The notes beneath the pieces were generated by a model, which was not told where the DNA came from, did not search any database, and saw only the letters and a program-made list of their open reading frames with translations. DNA of 32,000 nucleotides from Lachnospiraceae bacterium (GTDB lineage Bacteria > Bacillota > Clostridia > Lachnospirales > Lachnospiraceae): positions 135,316 to 167,315 of the forward strand of contig JBMNRD010000003.1 of assembly GCA_050944475.1 (NCBI GenBank). Reading direction: 5' to 3'. Below are positions 1-7,437 of the stretch, piece after piece (position 1 is the stretch's first letter; each line of letters starts with the position of its first letter). The translations under genes and the position numbers were made by a program.

Positions 1-100
1 TGGCATCCGCAGCTATTTCCTTCGGTGTAATCGGCAAAGCATTGTTTTTTTCCTTTGGAGTAACCGCTCCTGTCAATGCTGCTGTGATAATGTGTTTCAT
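1..100 (-). CDS. BKACE-family protein (3-keto-5-aminohexanoate cleavage enzyme-like, DUF849). Only the first 33 codons are in the window; the gene runs off the left edge.
   Basis: The reverse complement of 1-100 starts with ATG (98-100) and reads MKHIITAALTGAVTPKEKNNALPITPKEIAADA. This fits the family N-terminus (hydrophobic strand, T-x-A-x-TGA, then LPxTPxEIA). An AAGGGAG Shine-Dalgarno sits at 107-113, 6 nt upstream. It is absent from the ORF track because it is cut by the window edge. Confidence 0.55.
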   Translation of the reverse strand, partial: MKHIITAALTGAVTPKEKNNALPITPKEIAADA

Positions 101-213
101 ACAAATCTCCCTTGTTCCGATGTATTTATCTTTATTTTCGTTTATATTTTAACAAGTGTTTCGCCTTAAATACTTGGATTTTTGTCCAATATATTTAAGA
201 AGCATTCCTTTCT

Positions 214-242
214 TTGACATAATAGTTTTTTTTATGTATAAT
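214..242 (+). promoter_or_regulatory. SigA/sigma-70-type promoter of the PucR-family regulator gene
   Basis: TTGACA (214-219), 17-nt spacer, TATAAT (237-242): consensus hexamers at consensus spacing, about 55 nt upstream of the ATG at 300. It lies inside the GTG-initiated ORF-track model 156..1883, which favours the shorter gene model. Confidence 0.5.
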
Positions 243-299
243 TTACAAAAACTTGGCTGTATCATCAATGCTTGTTGTTCTAATGTTTGGAGTATGTTT

Positions 300-1883
300 A
301 TGCTTTGGGATTTAGTCAAAAAATATTTGGACAATTGTTCAATCAAAATAATAAACCAGTCCGGAAATAAGGCTGATTTTCACGGTTGTCAGTCTTTTAA
401 TACACATATCCCGCTCAACGATCCTAATATAATCTACTGGGGTTTCAGCTCGAATCTGAGTTCTGAGATTATACAAAATAATAAACCTCGAGCTCTTTTG
501 ATATGTCAAGATTCTCCGGCATTTGATTTTTCTATTTTAAAAAACGTGGACTACGTTGCCTCAACCTCTGTCAATAAAAAATTTGAAGAATGTGTTGAAG
601 CACTTGCTAAAGACATGGAACTGTGTAAGAAATATGAACTAGGTAATCGTATTCTGGTAGACCTGCTGACTTCAAATGCCCCCATAAACGATATGGCAAA
701 CCTTATTGCCGAAACCTACGGACATTTCATTGCTTTTGTCGACACCTCTATAAAACTTATCGGATTCAGCACAACTTTTCCCATGCCTGGAAACATGTTT
801 CTGGAAAAACATCATGATGAACATTACATCCCATCCAATACAATAAATCGTTTAATTTCCTCGGGAAACCTTTCAAAAATACTTGATACAGTAGAGCCCA
901 TTCCGATAGAAGATTTTCCGGGTGATTTATATTCATATGTGTTTCCCATTATAATTGGTAATTTTATGCGCGCAGGCTTTTTGGTCTATTTTGTTGAAAA
1001 AAATTTTGTGCTTAATCCTGTTGAGGCTTACCATCTTAAAAAAGTCACAAAACTCTTGAGTCTTGAGTTTCAAAAAAGCCGCCTTGCCCACTTCAGCGAG
1101 CCTACTATTGTAAATAATATCATGTATGATTTCATCAACGGCATCCGACCCGTAAAACATCTTTATGAGGAACAGTTTGCCAGTTTTTCATATGATTTGA
1201 GGAAATTCAAGAATATAGGCGTCATTCCGTTAGCTCTGACGGTTAGCCAAAATATAGGTGCCTACGTTCTGGCAGATATGATCAAAAAAACCTTTTCAAA
1301 CAGTATATATACCATTTTTGATGATTATATAGTGTTTCTAACAAGCCGAGATACCCCCTCCAACATAAGGTCTATACCCGAATATCAGGACTGGAATACT
1401 TCCCTTAACCTTCTTGGCATTCCCGTTGGATTTTCAGAAACATTTGAAAAGTCATCAGTCGCAAGATTAGCCTTTACCCATGCCAAAACGGCCTTAAGGA
1501 TAGGTACAAGACTGTTTCCTTCACATCGTTTCTATATTTATCCGGACATGAAAATCTATGACATAGTAAATACACTGGCGCAATCTACAAATATAAGACA
1601 GTTCGTATTTCTCCCGATTTATAATATAATCAATTATGATACAGAAAACAATTCCGACTACCTTAAAACGCTGAATATGTATTTTAAATGTCACCGTTCA
1701 GTAAAAAACACCTGTGAGAAACTTTATATTCAGCGAAGCACTTTCTATTACAGGCTTGATAAAATCAAGGAACTCCTTGACGTAAATATAGATTCTCCCG
1801 ACATAGTGCATCATATATGGTTTTCATTTGCAATTCTGGAGTATCTTGGTGAAATGGAAAGCCTTTTATTCGAACCGTATTAG
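300..1883 (+). CDS. PucR/CdaR-family transcriptional regulator
   Basis: It has a C-terminal PucR-type HTH: DYLKTLNMYFKCHRSVKNTCEKLYIQRSTFYYRLDKIKELLDVNIDSPD. The long N-terminal sensor-like region is typical of the family. The start is placed at ATG 300 because GGAG at 289-292 gives 7-nt spacing; ATG 294 is the alternative. The GTG at 156 is rejected because the consensus promoter lies downstream of it. Confidence 0.8.
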   Translation: MLWDLVKKYLDNCSIKIINQSGNKADFHGCQSFNTHIPLNDPNIIYWGFSSNLSSEIIQNNKPRALLICQDSPAFDFSILKNVDYVASTSVNKKFEECVEALAKDMELCKKYELGNRILVDLLTSNAPINDMANLIAETYGHFIAFVDTSIKLIGFSTTFPMPGNMFLEKHHDEHYIPSNTINRLISSGNLSKILDTVEPIPIEDFPGDLYSYVFPIIIGNFMRAGFLVYFVEKNFVLNPVEAYHLKKVTKLLSLEFQKSRLAHFSEPTIVNNIMYDFINGIRPVKHLYEEQFASFSYDLRKFKNIGVIPLALTVSQNIGAYVLADMIKKTFSNSIYTIFDDYIVFLTSRDTPSNIRSIPEYQDWNTSLNLLGIPVGFSETFEKSSVARLAFTHAKTALRIGTRLFPSHRFYIYPDMKIYDIVNTLAQSTNIRQFVFLPIYNIINYDTENNSDYLKTLNMYFKCHRSVKNTCEKLYIQRSTFYYRLDKIKELLDVNIDSPDIVHHIWFSFAILEYLGEMESLLFEPY

Positions 1884-2026
1884 ATTTGACTTGGTTTTCG
1901 TTATTTCCACTTCCAAAGAAATTTGTTTGCCAACATAAAAACTGTTTCCGTTCTTTGGTTAAAGAGTAGCTTAAAATTCTAATTCACTTACCCCCATCAT
2001 GATTCGCTCAGATATTGGCCTGAAAT

Positions 2027-2062
2027 AAGGGAATATTCGCCTCTCGGCTTGAATATTCCCTT
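2027..2062. other. Strong stem-loop in a non-coding gap (12-bp perfect stem, extendable)
   Basis: AAGGGAATATTC (2027-2038) pairs with GAATATTCCCTT (2051-2062). Inside the 12-nt loop, GCC/GGC can pair around a TCTC tetraloop. There is no clean U-tract on either strand (ATTT on the minus strand), so terminator function is uncertain. Confidence 0.3.
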
Positions 2063-2186
2063 AAAAATAGCCATACAATGAGAAAATATAATTATATTTA
2101 TCCAACCCGCTATAAAAGAAAAAACGGATTTATACTCGCACGACCGTAATCTGTGGATGAGTGTAGTATAACATATGTCTTTTCAT

Positions 2187-2381
2187 TTAAACAGAGGCTG
2201 TGCGAGGCAGCCTCTTAATGTTTGCACTTTTCCCTTTCATCAACGACACCTCTTTCATGCCCTCTCTGGAAATGGTAGATGGATCCTTCTGCAGATGGGC
2301 GGCAATCTTCTTGAAAGAGAGGTCTTCCTTGAGGAGTTTCTGCAGAGTCAGACGTTCTTCATAAGTAAAAAATTTGAACAT
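2187..2381 (-). CDS. Small helix-turn-helix protein resembling the N-terminal HTH of IS30-family transposases. It is an orphan or remnant; no DDE domain follows.
   Basis: MFKFFTYEERLTLQKLLKEDLSFKKIAAHLQKDPSTISRE... matches the IS30 N-terminal pattern (L/F-T-x-EER-x-x-I-x-x-LL, then IA-x-x-L-x-x-x-x-STISREI). The start is placed at ATG 2381, which has GGAGG 5 nt upstream. The ORF-track start at 2531 adds an implausible hydrophobic leader. No transposase-like frame is found downstream of the stop. Confidence 0.5.
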   Translation of the reverse strand: MFKFFTYEERLTLQKLLKEDLSFKKIAAHLQKDPSTISREGMKEVSLMKGKSANIKRLPRTASV

Positions 2382-2586
2382 GATATCCTCCATTTCTGCC
2401 GCCAACATGAAACAGGATATCGTATCCAGTAAGCACCAGGCAATGGGCATAACAAAAGAGACCGGTATAAAACCTGTCTCCTTGTAAAACGGAATGCAAC
2501 CTCCCTGTTGGTATTTAATTATCAGCAACAATTACAATTACTTCACATGAAAGCAAGAGGGATTGCACCTCGTTTTACAGGTGAGG

Positions 2587-3918
2587 CTATTTGTCAAATC
2601 TGCCGTTTTTTGATAACCATATATCTACATAATCATACAAGGTCTTCTTTGTATCCCCAAACTGACCTGTAAACTTCTCAGCTTCTAAATTTGCATCAAA
2701 GCAATGGGTCGCTCCTTCAATAAAAGCAATCGCCTTGTCTTCACTTGTAGATCTGTCATAGAGCACTTCAGATGCAAGATATTCATATCCGCCGGTCATT
2801 CCAACAAATAATGAAGGACATTTCACGTGCGGAACATTACTCGTTGTGCAGTTATATGTCTCATCCCAGGCAATACCTGTTACCTCATCTTCCTTCATAG
2901 CATAATTAGCCAACGCTCTTACACTGTTATGAGAAAGATAATTCTTTACAGTACTTATTATGGCAGATGACATTACCTGGGCTTTGCCATTTGCCAGTCT
3001 TGGAAGTCTTACACAATTAATAATTTCATTTGTAATCGAACCATCTGCATGAATCAAATCGTGTGCCCTCTTGGTTCTTGCAAATATTGTTATATCCTGA
3101 GGGAATATTTTATTGCATCTTGAAAACTGAGCGGCTGCTGGAATAATGAATGGCTCATCATCAGCATAAAAGCCCTTTCCCTGTTCAATAATAGTTAATC
3201 TATCTAATGCCTTTTGAATAATTGCATTATTTCTTTCAGCCTGAGCCACAAAAAATTTATCTAAAAAAGCCTGACTGTAATTTGCACCTTCAAGAAAATA
3301 TCCGTTAGCAGGATTAAATATATCCAACTCCGGATCCAGTTTCTGACCACTATTCTCATCAATAATTGCGGGATCTATACTAAACAATCCCATAGCTGCT
3401 ATTCCCCAGTTGGAATCAAGCGCCATAAATCCATCTGCAGGCCTCATTTCCTGTGTAATAGAGCATTTGATTAGCATATCATTGCCCTTCACAGAATCAA
3501 GACCTTCTTCTGCCATTCGCTGGTAGGCACTCATTAATGTTCCGCCACCACTATGTCCCATTAAAACTACTTTAGTTATCCCTGCAACACAATACATAAA
3601 GTCTACCGCTCGTTTTACATCGTAAACCTTAGCATCAAGAGATGAATTAACTTCAGTAACGGCGCTGCCAAGCGCTCTGTATCCGCGCTTGGCCATCTCG
3701 CCGCCCATATCATTTAATGTATAATCTGCACTTGGATGCATAAGGATAATTCCAATATGACTTTTATCACCTAGAGCCACCGGTTCATATAACATACCAT
3801 GCTGAGGACGCGGTCCATCTCCAAGCGAAACAAAAATGCTTCTTATCGGAAGATCTCCCTCAAGATATCCGCCTTCTATATTACTGTATTTCTTTTCTTT
3901 TGCATCGTAAATATACAT
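2587..3918 (-). CDS. Alpha/beta-fold hydrolase, about 440 aa, paralogue 1
   Basis: It has a GHSGG nucleophile elbow (VVLMGHSGGGTLMSAYQ) and a C-terminal catalytic-His context (FIEGATHCFD). It aligns collinearly with the ORF at 18294..19547 (ADG..D.N.G, PELD...P.NGY, GKG.F.DDEPF, F.RT......L.H.DG.ITNEI). ATG 3918 is preferred because AGGAG lies 4 nt upstream; ATG 3930 is the ORF-track start. Confidence 0.8.
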   Translation of the reverse strand: MYIYDAKEKKYSNIEGGYLEGDLPIRSIFVSLGDGPRPQHGMLYEPVALGDKSHIGIILMHPSADYTLNDMGGEMAKRGYRALGSAVTEVNSSLDAKVYDVKRAVDFMYCVAGITKVVLMGHSGGGTLMSAYQRMAEEGLDSVKGNDMLIKCSITQEMRPADGFMALDSNWGIAAMGLFSIDPAIIDENSGQKLDPELDIFNPANGYFLEGANYSQAFLDKFFVAQAERNNAIIQKALDRLTIIEQGKGFYADDEPFIIPAAAQFSRCNKIFPQDITIFARTKRAHDLIHADGSITNEIINCVRLPRLANGKAQVMSSAIISTVKNYLSHNSVRALANYAMKEDEVTGIAWDETYNCTTSNVPHVKCPSLFVGMTGGYEYLASEVLYDRSTSEDKAIAFIEGATHCFDANLEAEKFTGQFGDTKKTLYDYVDIWLSKNGRFDK

Positions 3919-3951
3919 AATGCTCCTCATTCAAGTACACTGATTAAAACA

Positions 3952-4818
3952 TTATTTTACACCTTTTGCAAAAATCTCTTCCTTAGTATAAAGTCTTTCG
4001 ATAAGGCCCTGTTCAAGACAGTACTTCATACCAATTTCAACTGCCGGCCATACACCTTCAATGTTATATACATACGGGAATGGTTCAGGCCTTGAATCAA
4101 CAGGATAAGCCTGATCAACAGCCTTTGTAAGCATTTCATATACTGCAGCAACTGTTTTCTCATCCATATCATCCTTTACAACTACCATATGGTTGATAGG
4201 AACACACTTATTCTTCTCATACCATGTTGCAATAGCATTTGGAAGATTAGGAACAAGCTGCGCAAGTCCTTCAGGTACTCCCTGCTTAGTTCCCTGAATT
4301 ACAGCTGCAAGTTCGTCATCACGAACCATCTGCTCAAGATCAGCGCCCGGTACAACTTCTACATTCTCAGGAAGAACATATGTTGCTACATGAGGCGGCT
4401 CAGTTGTAACCCAAGTTACATCCTTACTTGCTACGCCAAACTGTTCTGAAAGGACTCCACGGACCCATGCACCTGTTGTCTGTGTATAAGCTCTTACACC
4501 AATCTTCTTTCCCTTAACATCAGCAGGCGCTGAAATATCAGAACCCGGACGATACCAACAGCTCCCATGATGAAACTCGCCAACCATAACGATTGGAAGG
4601 AGCTTTACTTTAGCCTTAGCATCGAATGCCTGAAGCAATGTTACGAGAGGCATCTCACATACATCAAATGGGTAACCATCAAGCATATCCTCTGCCGCCT
4701 TTGGGACTCCTTTATATTCTGTAAACTCAAGCTCTACATCAGGACTTGTGATAATGCCTTCTTTAAGAGGTCTTGTATGAGCATTTGTTGCAAGAACAAT
4801 TTTAACTTTCTTTGCCAT
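3952..4818 (-). CDS. PhtD-like protein (4,5-dihydroxyphthalate decarboxylase family). It has a type-2 periplasmic-binding-protein fold and no signal peptide.
   Basis: MAKKVKIVLATNAHTRPLKEGII...FDVCEMPLVTLL...DVKGKKIGVRAYTQTTGAWVRGVLSEQFGV...VTW follows the PhtD-family pattern (YDRTRAL.DG ... FDV.E.SLS ... DLKGKRVGVPEYQ.TA.VW.RG.L.DEYGV). The start is placed at ATG 4818, with a GGGGGA RBS 8 nt upstream. The ORF-track start at 4881 would overlap the upstream gene. Confidence 0.6.
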   Translation of the reverse strand: MAKKVKIVLATNAHTRPLKEGIITSPDVELEFTEYKGVPKAAEDMLDGYPFDVCEMPLVTLLQAFDAKAKVKLLPIVMVGEFHHGSCWYRPGSDISAPADVKGKKIGVRAYTQTTGAWVRGVLSEQFGVASKDVTWVTTEPPHVATYVLPENVEVVPGADLEQMVRDDELAAVIQGTKQGVPEGLAQLVPNLPNAIATWYEKNKCVPINHMVVVKDDMDEKTVAAVYEMLTKAVDQAYPVDSRPEPFPYVYNIEGVWPAVEIGMKYCLEQGLIERLYTKEEIFAKGVK

Positions 4819-4837
4819 TTTCGATTTCCCCCACCAA

Positions 4838-5503
4838 TTACTTAAGCATGTTCTCGTAGTTAACAGCCTTGTCAACATCACCTAGTTTTGCGCCTTCTTT
4901 AAGTTTCGCTATCATAAGCTGTTCTTTTTCTTCAATTTCTTCAGCTTTATCAATAACCTCAATAATACGTTCCTGTGGGATAACTACTACACCACTTCTG
5001 TCAGCAACTACAATATCTCCGAATCTGCAACATGCACCTGCAAGATTAATTGGTTCGTTAATTGCTGCTTCCATGTAACGACCGCGTGCTGTAAGAACAG
5101 TTCTTCCCTTGCAGTATACAGGAAAGTCCAAAGCATAGATTTCATCACAGTCACGAACAACTCCATCTGAAACCCATCCTGCCATTCCGCTGAGAACTGC
5201 TGCTGTAGCTGTTACGCCACCGCATGTATTCATCTCAGGAGCAGTTGTACCTTCACATACGATAACGCTTCCTTTTTCAGCATTTTGGATAGTTGCCATT
5301 CCGCCATGCTTTTCCTTTGGAAGATAATCTGTAGGAATAAATCTCTGTGTTACTGCCGGTCCGACAATCTTTCTTGTGTTATCAAACAATGGAGTAATAC
5401 CTCTGCATACATTTGAAAAACCAAGTGCATCCATAGCATCAGAAATTACTGTTGTTCCGAGTTTATCCAAACGTTCTTTAAGTTCTGGTGTTAATTTACT
5501 CAT
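4838..5503 (-). CDS. RraA-fold protein (class II aldolase/oxaloacetate decarboxylase family, HMG/CHA-aldolase-like), divergent paralogue 1
   Basis: The sequence shows TTVISDAMDALG, then a Gly-rich segment CGGVTATAAVLSGMAGWVSDGVVRD (the family D-G-x-x-R-D motif), then GDIVVADRSGVVVIP. GGAG lies 7 nt upstream of the ATG. Confidence 0.75.
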   Translation of the reverse strand: MSKLTPELKERLDKLGTTVISDAMDALGFSNVCRGITPLFDNTRKIVGPAVTQRFIPTDYLPKEKHGGMATIQNAEKGSVIVCEGTTAPEMNTCGGVTATAAVLSGMAGWVSDGVVRDCDEIYALDFPVYCKGRTVLTARGRYMEAAINEPINLAGACCRFGDIVVADRSGVVVIPQERIIEVIDKAEEIEEKEQLMIAKLKEGAKLGDVDKAVNYENMLK

Positions 5504-5523
5504 TCTTTATCTCCTTTTTTATA

Positions 5524-5553
5524 GTGAACCCGACGCAGAAGTGCCGGGTTCAC
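5524..5553. other. Intergenic 9-bp GC-rich stem-loop between the PIG-L-like and RraA-like genes
   Basis: GTGAACCCG (5524-5532) pairs with CGGGTTCAC (5545-5553) across a 12-nt loop. The T-run (TTTTTTT, 5561-5567) follows it on the PLUS strand, antisense to the operon. On the operon strand it is followed by TATAAAAAAGGAG. Confidence 0.4.
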
Positions 5554-5565
5554 GTAACTGTTTTT

Positions 5566-6306
5566 TTATTTTCTTGAAGGAAGTTCTTCAACTGCTAATG
5601 GGAAGAACATCTTGAATGATTCAGCGTACTCCATCTCTTTCATGCCTAGAACTGTACGGGCTCCCTGCCAGCCTCTGTGTGTGCTGAGACGTGTATGAAT
5701 AAATGGACCTTCCTTCTGAGCCTTGATACACTTCATTGCTTCAACTTTCTTATCAAAAGTTGTTGTGATATTGATATAGATGTCAGGGCGATATCCACTG
5801 CGTTCTGGTTCTGAAGCCTCAAATCCATACACAGGAACATTCTTAATTGGGTTAAGTCCGTTAGAAGGGACACCTGCCTGTGTAGCCATCTTAAGAGCCT
5901 GCATAACAATTGTATGAGCAACTGCATGGTCAAGGTTTGTGCTGTCCCCTTCATCATGAGTAATGATAAGTGTAGGCTTAACTTCTCTGATTTTTTCATT
6001 AAGTTTTTGAAGAATTTCAGGTGTTATCTGAAGCATACAATCATCAAAATCCCACATTTCAAAATCTGTAACGCCAAGAACTGCTGCCGCATTATGAGAT
6101 TCTTCCGAACGAGCAGCTCTAACACCTTCTGCCGTCTGTCCTTCAACTTTCCAAAGAGTTGTTGACTCGCCACGTACGCCATAAGTAAGGCAAACAATTA
6201 CTACCTTTGCACCTGCTTCAAGGTACTTGGCGATAGTACCACTACTTCTCCATACCCAGTCAGCTGAGTGTGCACTGATTACCAATAATATATCATCTTT
6301 CATCAT
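5566..6306 (-). CDS. PIG-L/LmbE-fold metalloenzyme, possibly GalB-type (4-oxalomesaconate hydratase-like)
   Basis: The N-terminal signature LLVISAHSADWVWRSSG replaces the canonical AHPDD. The spaced H-x-x-D pair and a later NLDHAVAH are retained. The size (246 aa) and the order of conserved blocks fit the family. GGAGG lies 9 nt upstream of the ATG. Confidence 0.7.
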   Translation of the reverse strand: MMKDDILLVISAHSADWVWRSSGTIAKYLEAGAKVVIVCLTYGVRGESTTLWKVEGQTAEGVRAARSEESHNAAAVLGVTDFEMWDFDDCMLQITPEILQKLNEKIREVKPTLIITHDEGDSTNLDHAVAHTIVMQALKMATQAGVPSNGLNPIKNVPVYGFEASEPERSGYRPDIYINITTTFDKKVEAMKCIKAQKEGPFIHTRLSTHRGWQGARTVLGMKEMEYAESFKMFFPLAVEELPSRK

Positions 6307-6328
6307 CTCTATTTACCTCCAAATCTAA

Positions 6329-7216
6329 TTAAGACAATAACTGTTTAGGGTTATCTACAATTGTTTTTCTAACTTCCGTCTCTGTGTATCCCAGACCTAA
6401 CATCCACTCAGCCCACTCGCGAAGAGCAACATCCGGATAATCAAATTTCTCCTGACCTCTATCAGTACTCATAATAAGATAATCAGGACTGATTGCTCTT
6501 ACATGCTTCTCCATTAGATCCCATGCAGTCTTACCTGATGTTGCAGAATTGTAACAATGCTCAATGTAAGCACCATACTTAAGAACTTCAAGCTGGTCTT
6601 CAATATCATAATAACAGAGTGTTGAATCTACATGTGTGCAGATAATTCTGTTTACACCTCTTTCAGCTGCTGCCTTTACTACTGCTTTTCCTTCTCTGCA
6701 TGAAATATGACCTGTACAAAGTACCATATCATATTTAGCGATAACATCGATGACATCGTAAACTGCATCAACTAACTTTCCATTATCATCAAGAATCTGT
6801 ACCGGTTTAAGATCATATCCATCTGCTTTAAGGGAGAGGAGAACATCCAACCAGAAAGGTTTACGGTCATCTACAAATACTTCTTCTGTTTTGTGATGTG
6901 CCGCAACCGTATCAACCGTTGGGAACCAAACAACTTTTCCCCCATCTCTTGCGCAAGCATCGACAGCATAAGGATTAAGTCCCCCAACAGAATTATTTAG
7001 AGAAATGCTTCCATAAGTTTTAACTTCAGGAACTCTTGCATTGGCAACTTTTGCCCATCCAGATGTTTCGAAGTAATGACTTTTGATAACATACCCACCC
7101 ATACCTGCGTCTCTTGCTCTCTCTGCCATCTCCAAGAAATCAACCTTTCTTGGCATAATGTCTGGACCGACATGAATATGCATATCATAAGCGCCGGAAA
7201 TAATTGAGTCCACCAT
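6329..7216 (-). CDS. Amidohydrolase-superfamily (TIM-barrel metal-dependent hydrolase) protein
   Basis: Superfamily ligand pattern: HxH near the N-terminus (YDMHIHVGPD), later His residues (VLCTGHIS, IICTHVDS) and a late Asp (IMSTDRGQ). The start is placed at ATG 7216, with GGAGG 8 nt upstream. The ORF-track start at 7231 is a TTG. Confidence 0.7.
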   Translation of the reverse strand: MVDSIISGAYDMHIHVGPDIMPRKVDFLEMAERARDAGMGGYVIKSHYFETSGWAKVANARVPEVKTYGSISLNNSVGGLNPYAVDACARDGGKVVWFPTVDTVAAHHKTEEVFVDDRKPFWLDVLLSLKADGYDLKPVQILDDNGKLVDAVYDVIDVIAKYDMVLCTGHISCREGKAVVKAAAERGVNRIICTHVDSTLCYYDIEDQLEVLKYGAYIEHCYNSATSGKTAWDLMEKHVRAISPDYLIMSTDRGQEKFDYPDVALREWAEWMLGLGYTETEVRKTIVDNPKQLLS

Positions 7217-7437
7217 ATTGATAGCCTCCAAAATTTATTTTTTCATCTACTATGGTACCATTCTAAATTCAATAAGTTAAATTGAGAAAATTGCATTTAT
7301 GTTTAATAAAAACTATTGATTTAGTTAATTTGATTTTATTTATGTAATGATAAAAAACTGATTGTGCCGACGCTTCCAATTTATGATATTTTTATAGTTA
7401 GAAAGTATTAATTATTAATTAATTGAGATGTAATCAT

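Noticed and set aside
156-299. GTG-initiated N-terminal extension of the PucR-family ORF
   Set aside because: A perfect TTGACA-17-TATAAT promoter (214-242) lies inside it. The extension is Cys/Phe-rich with no RBS. ATG 300 has a well-spaced GGAG.
2175-2432. 85-aa plus-strand ORF antisense to the HTH orphan
   Set aside because: It has no RBS or recognisable motif. The opposite strand has a GGAGG-ATG start and an IS30-type HTH signature.
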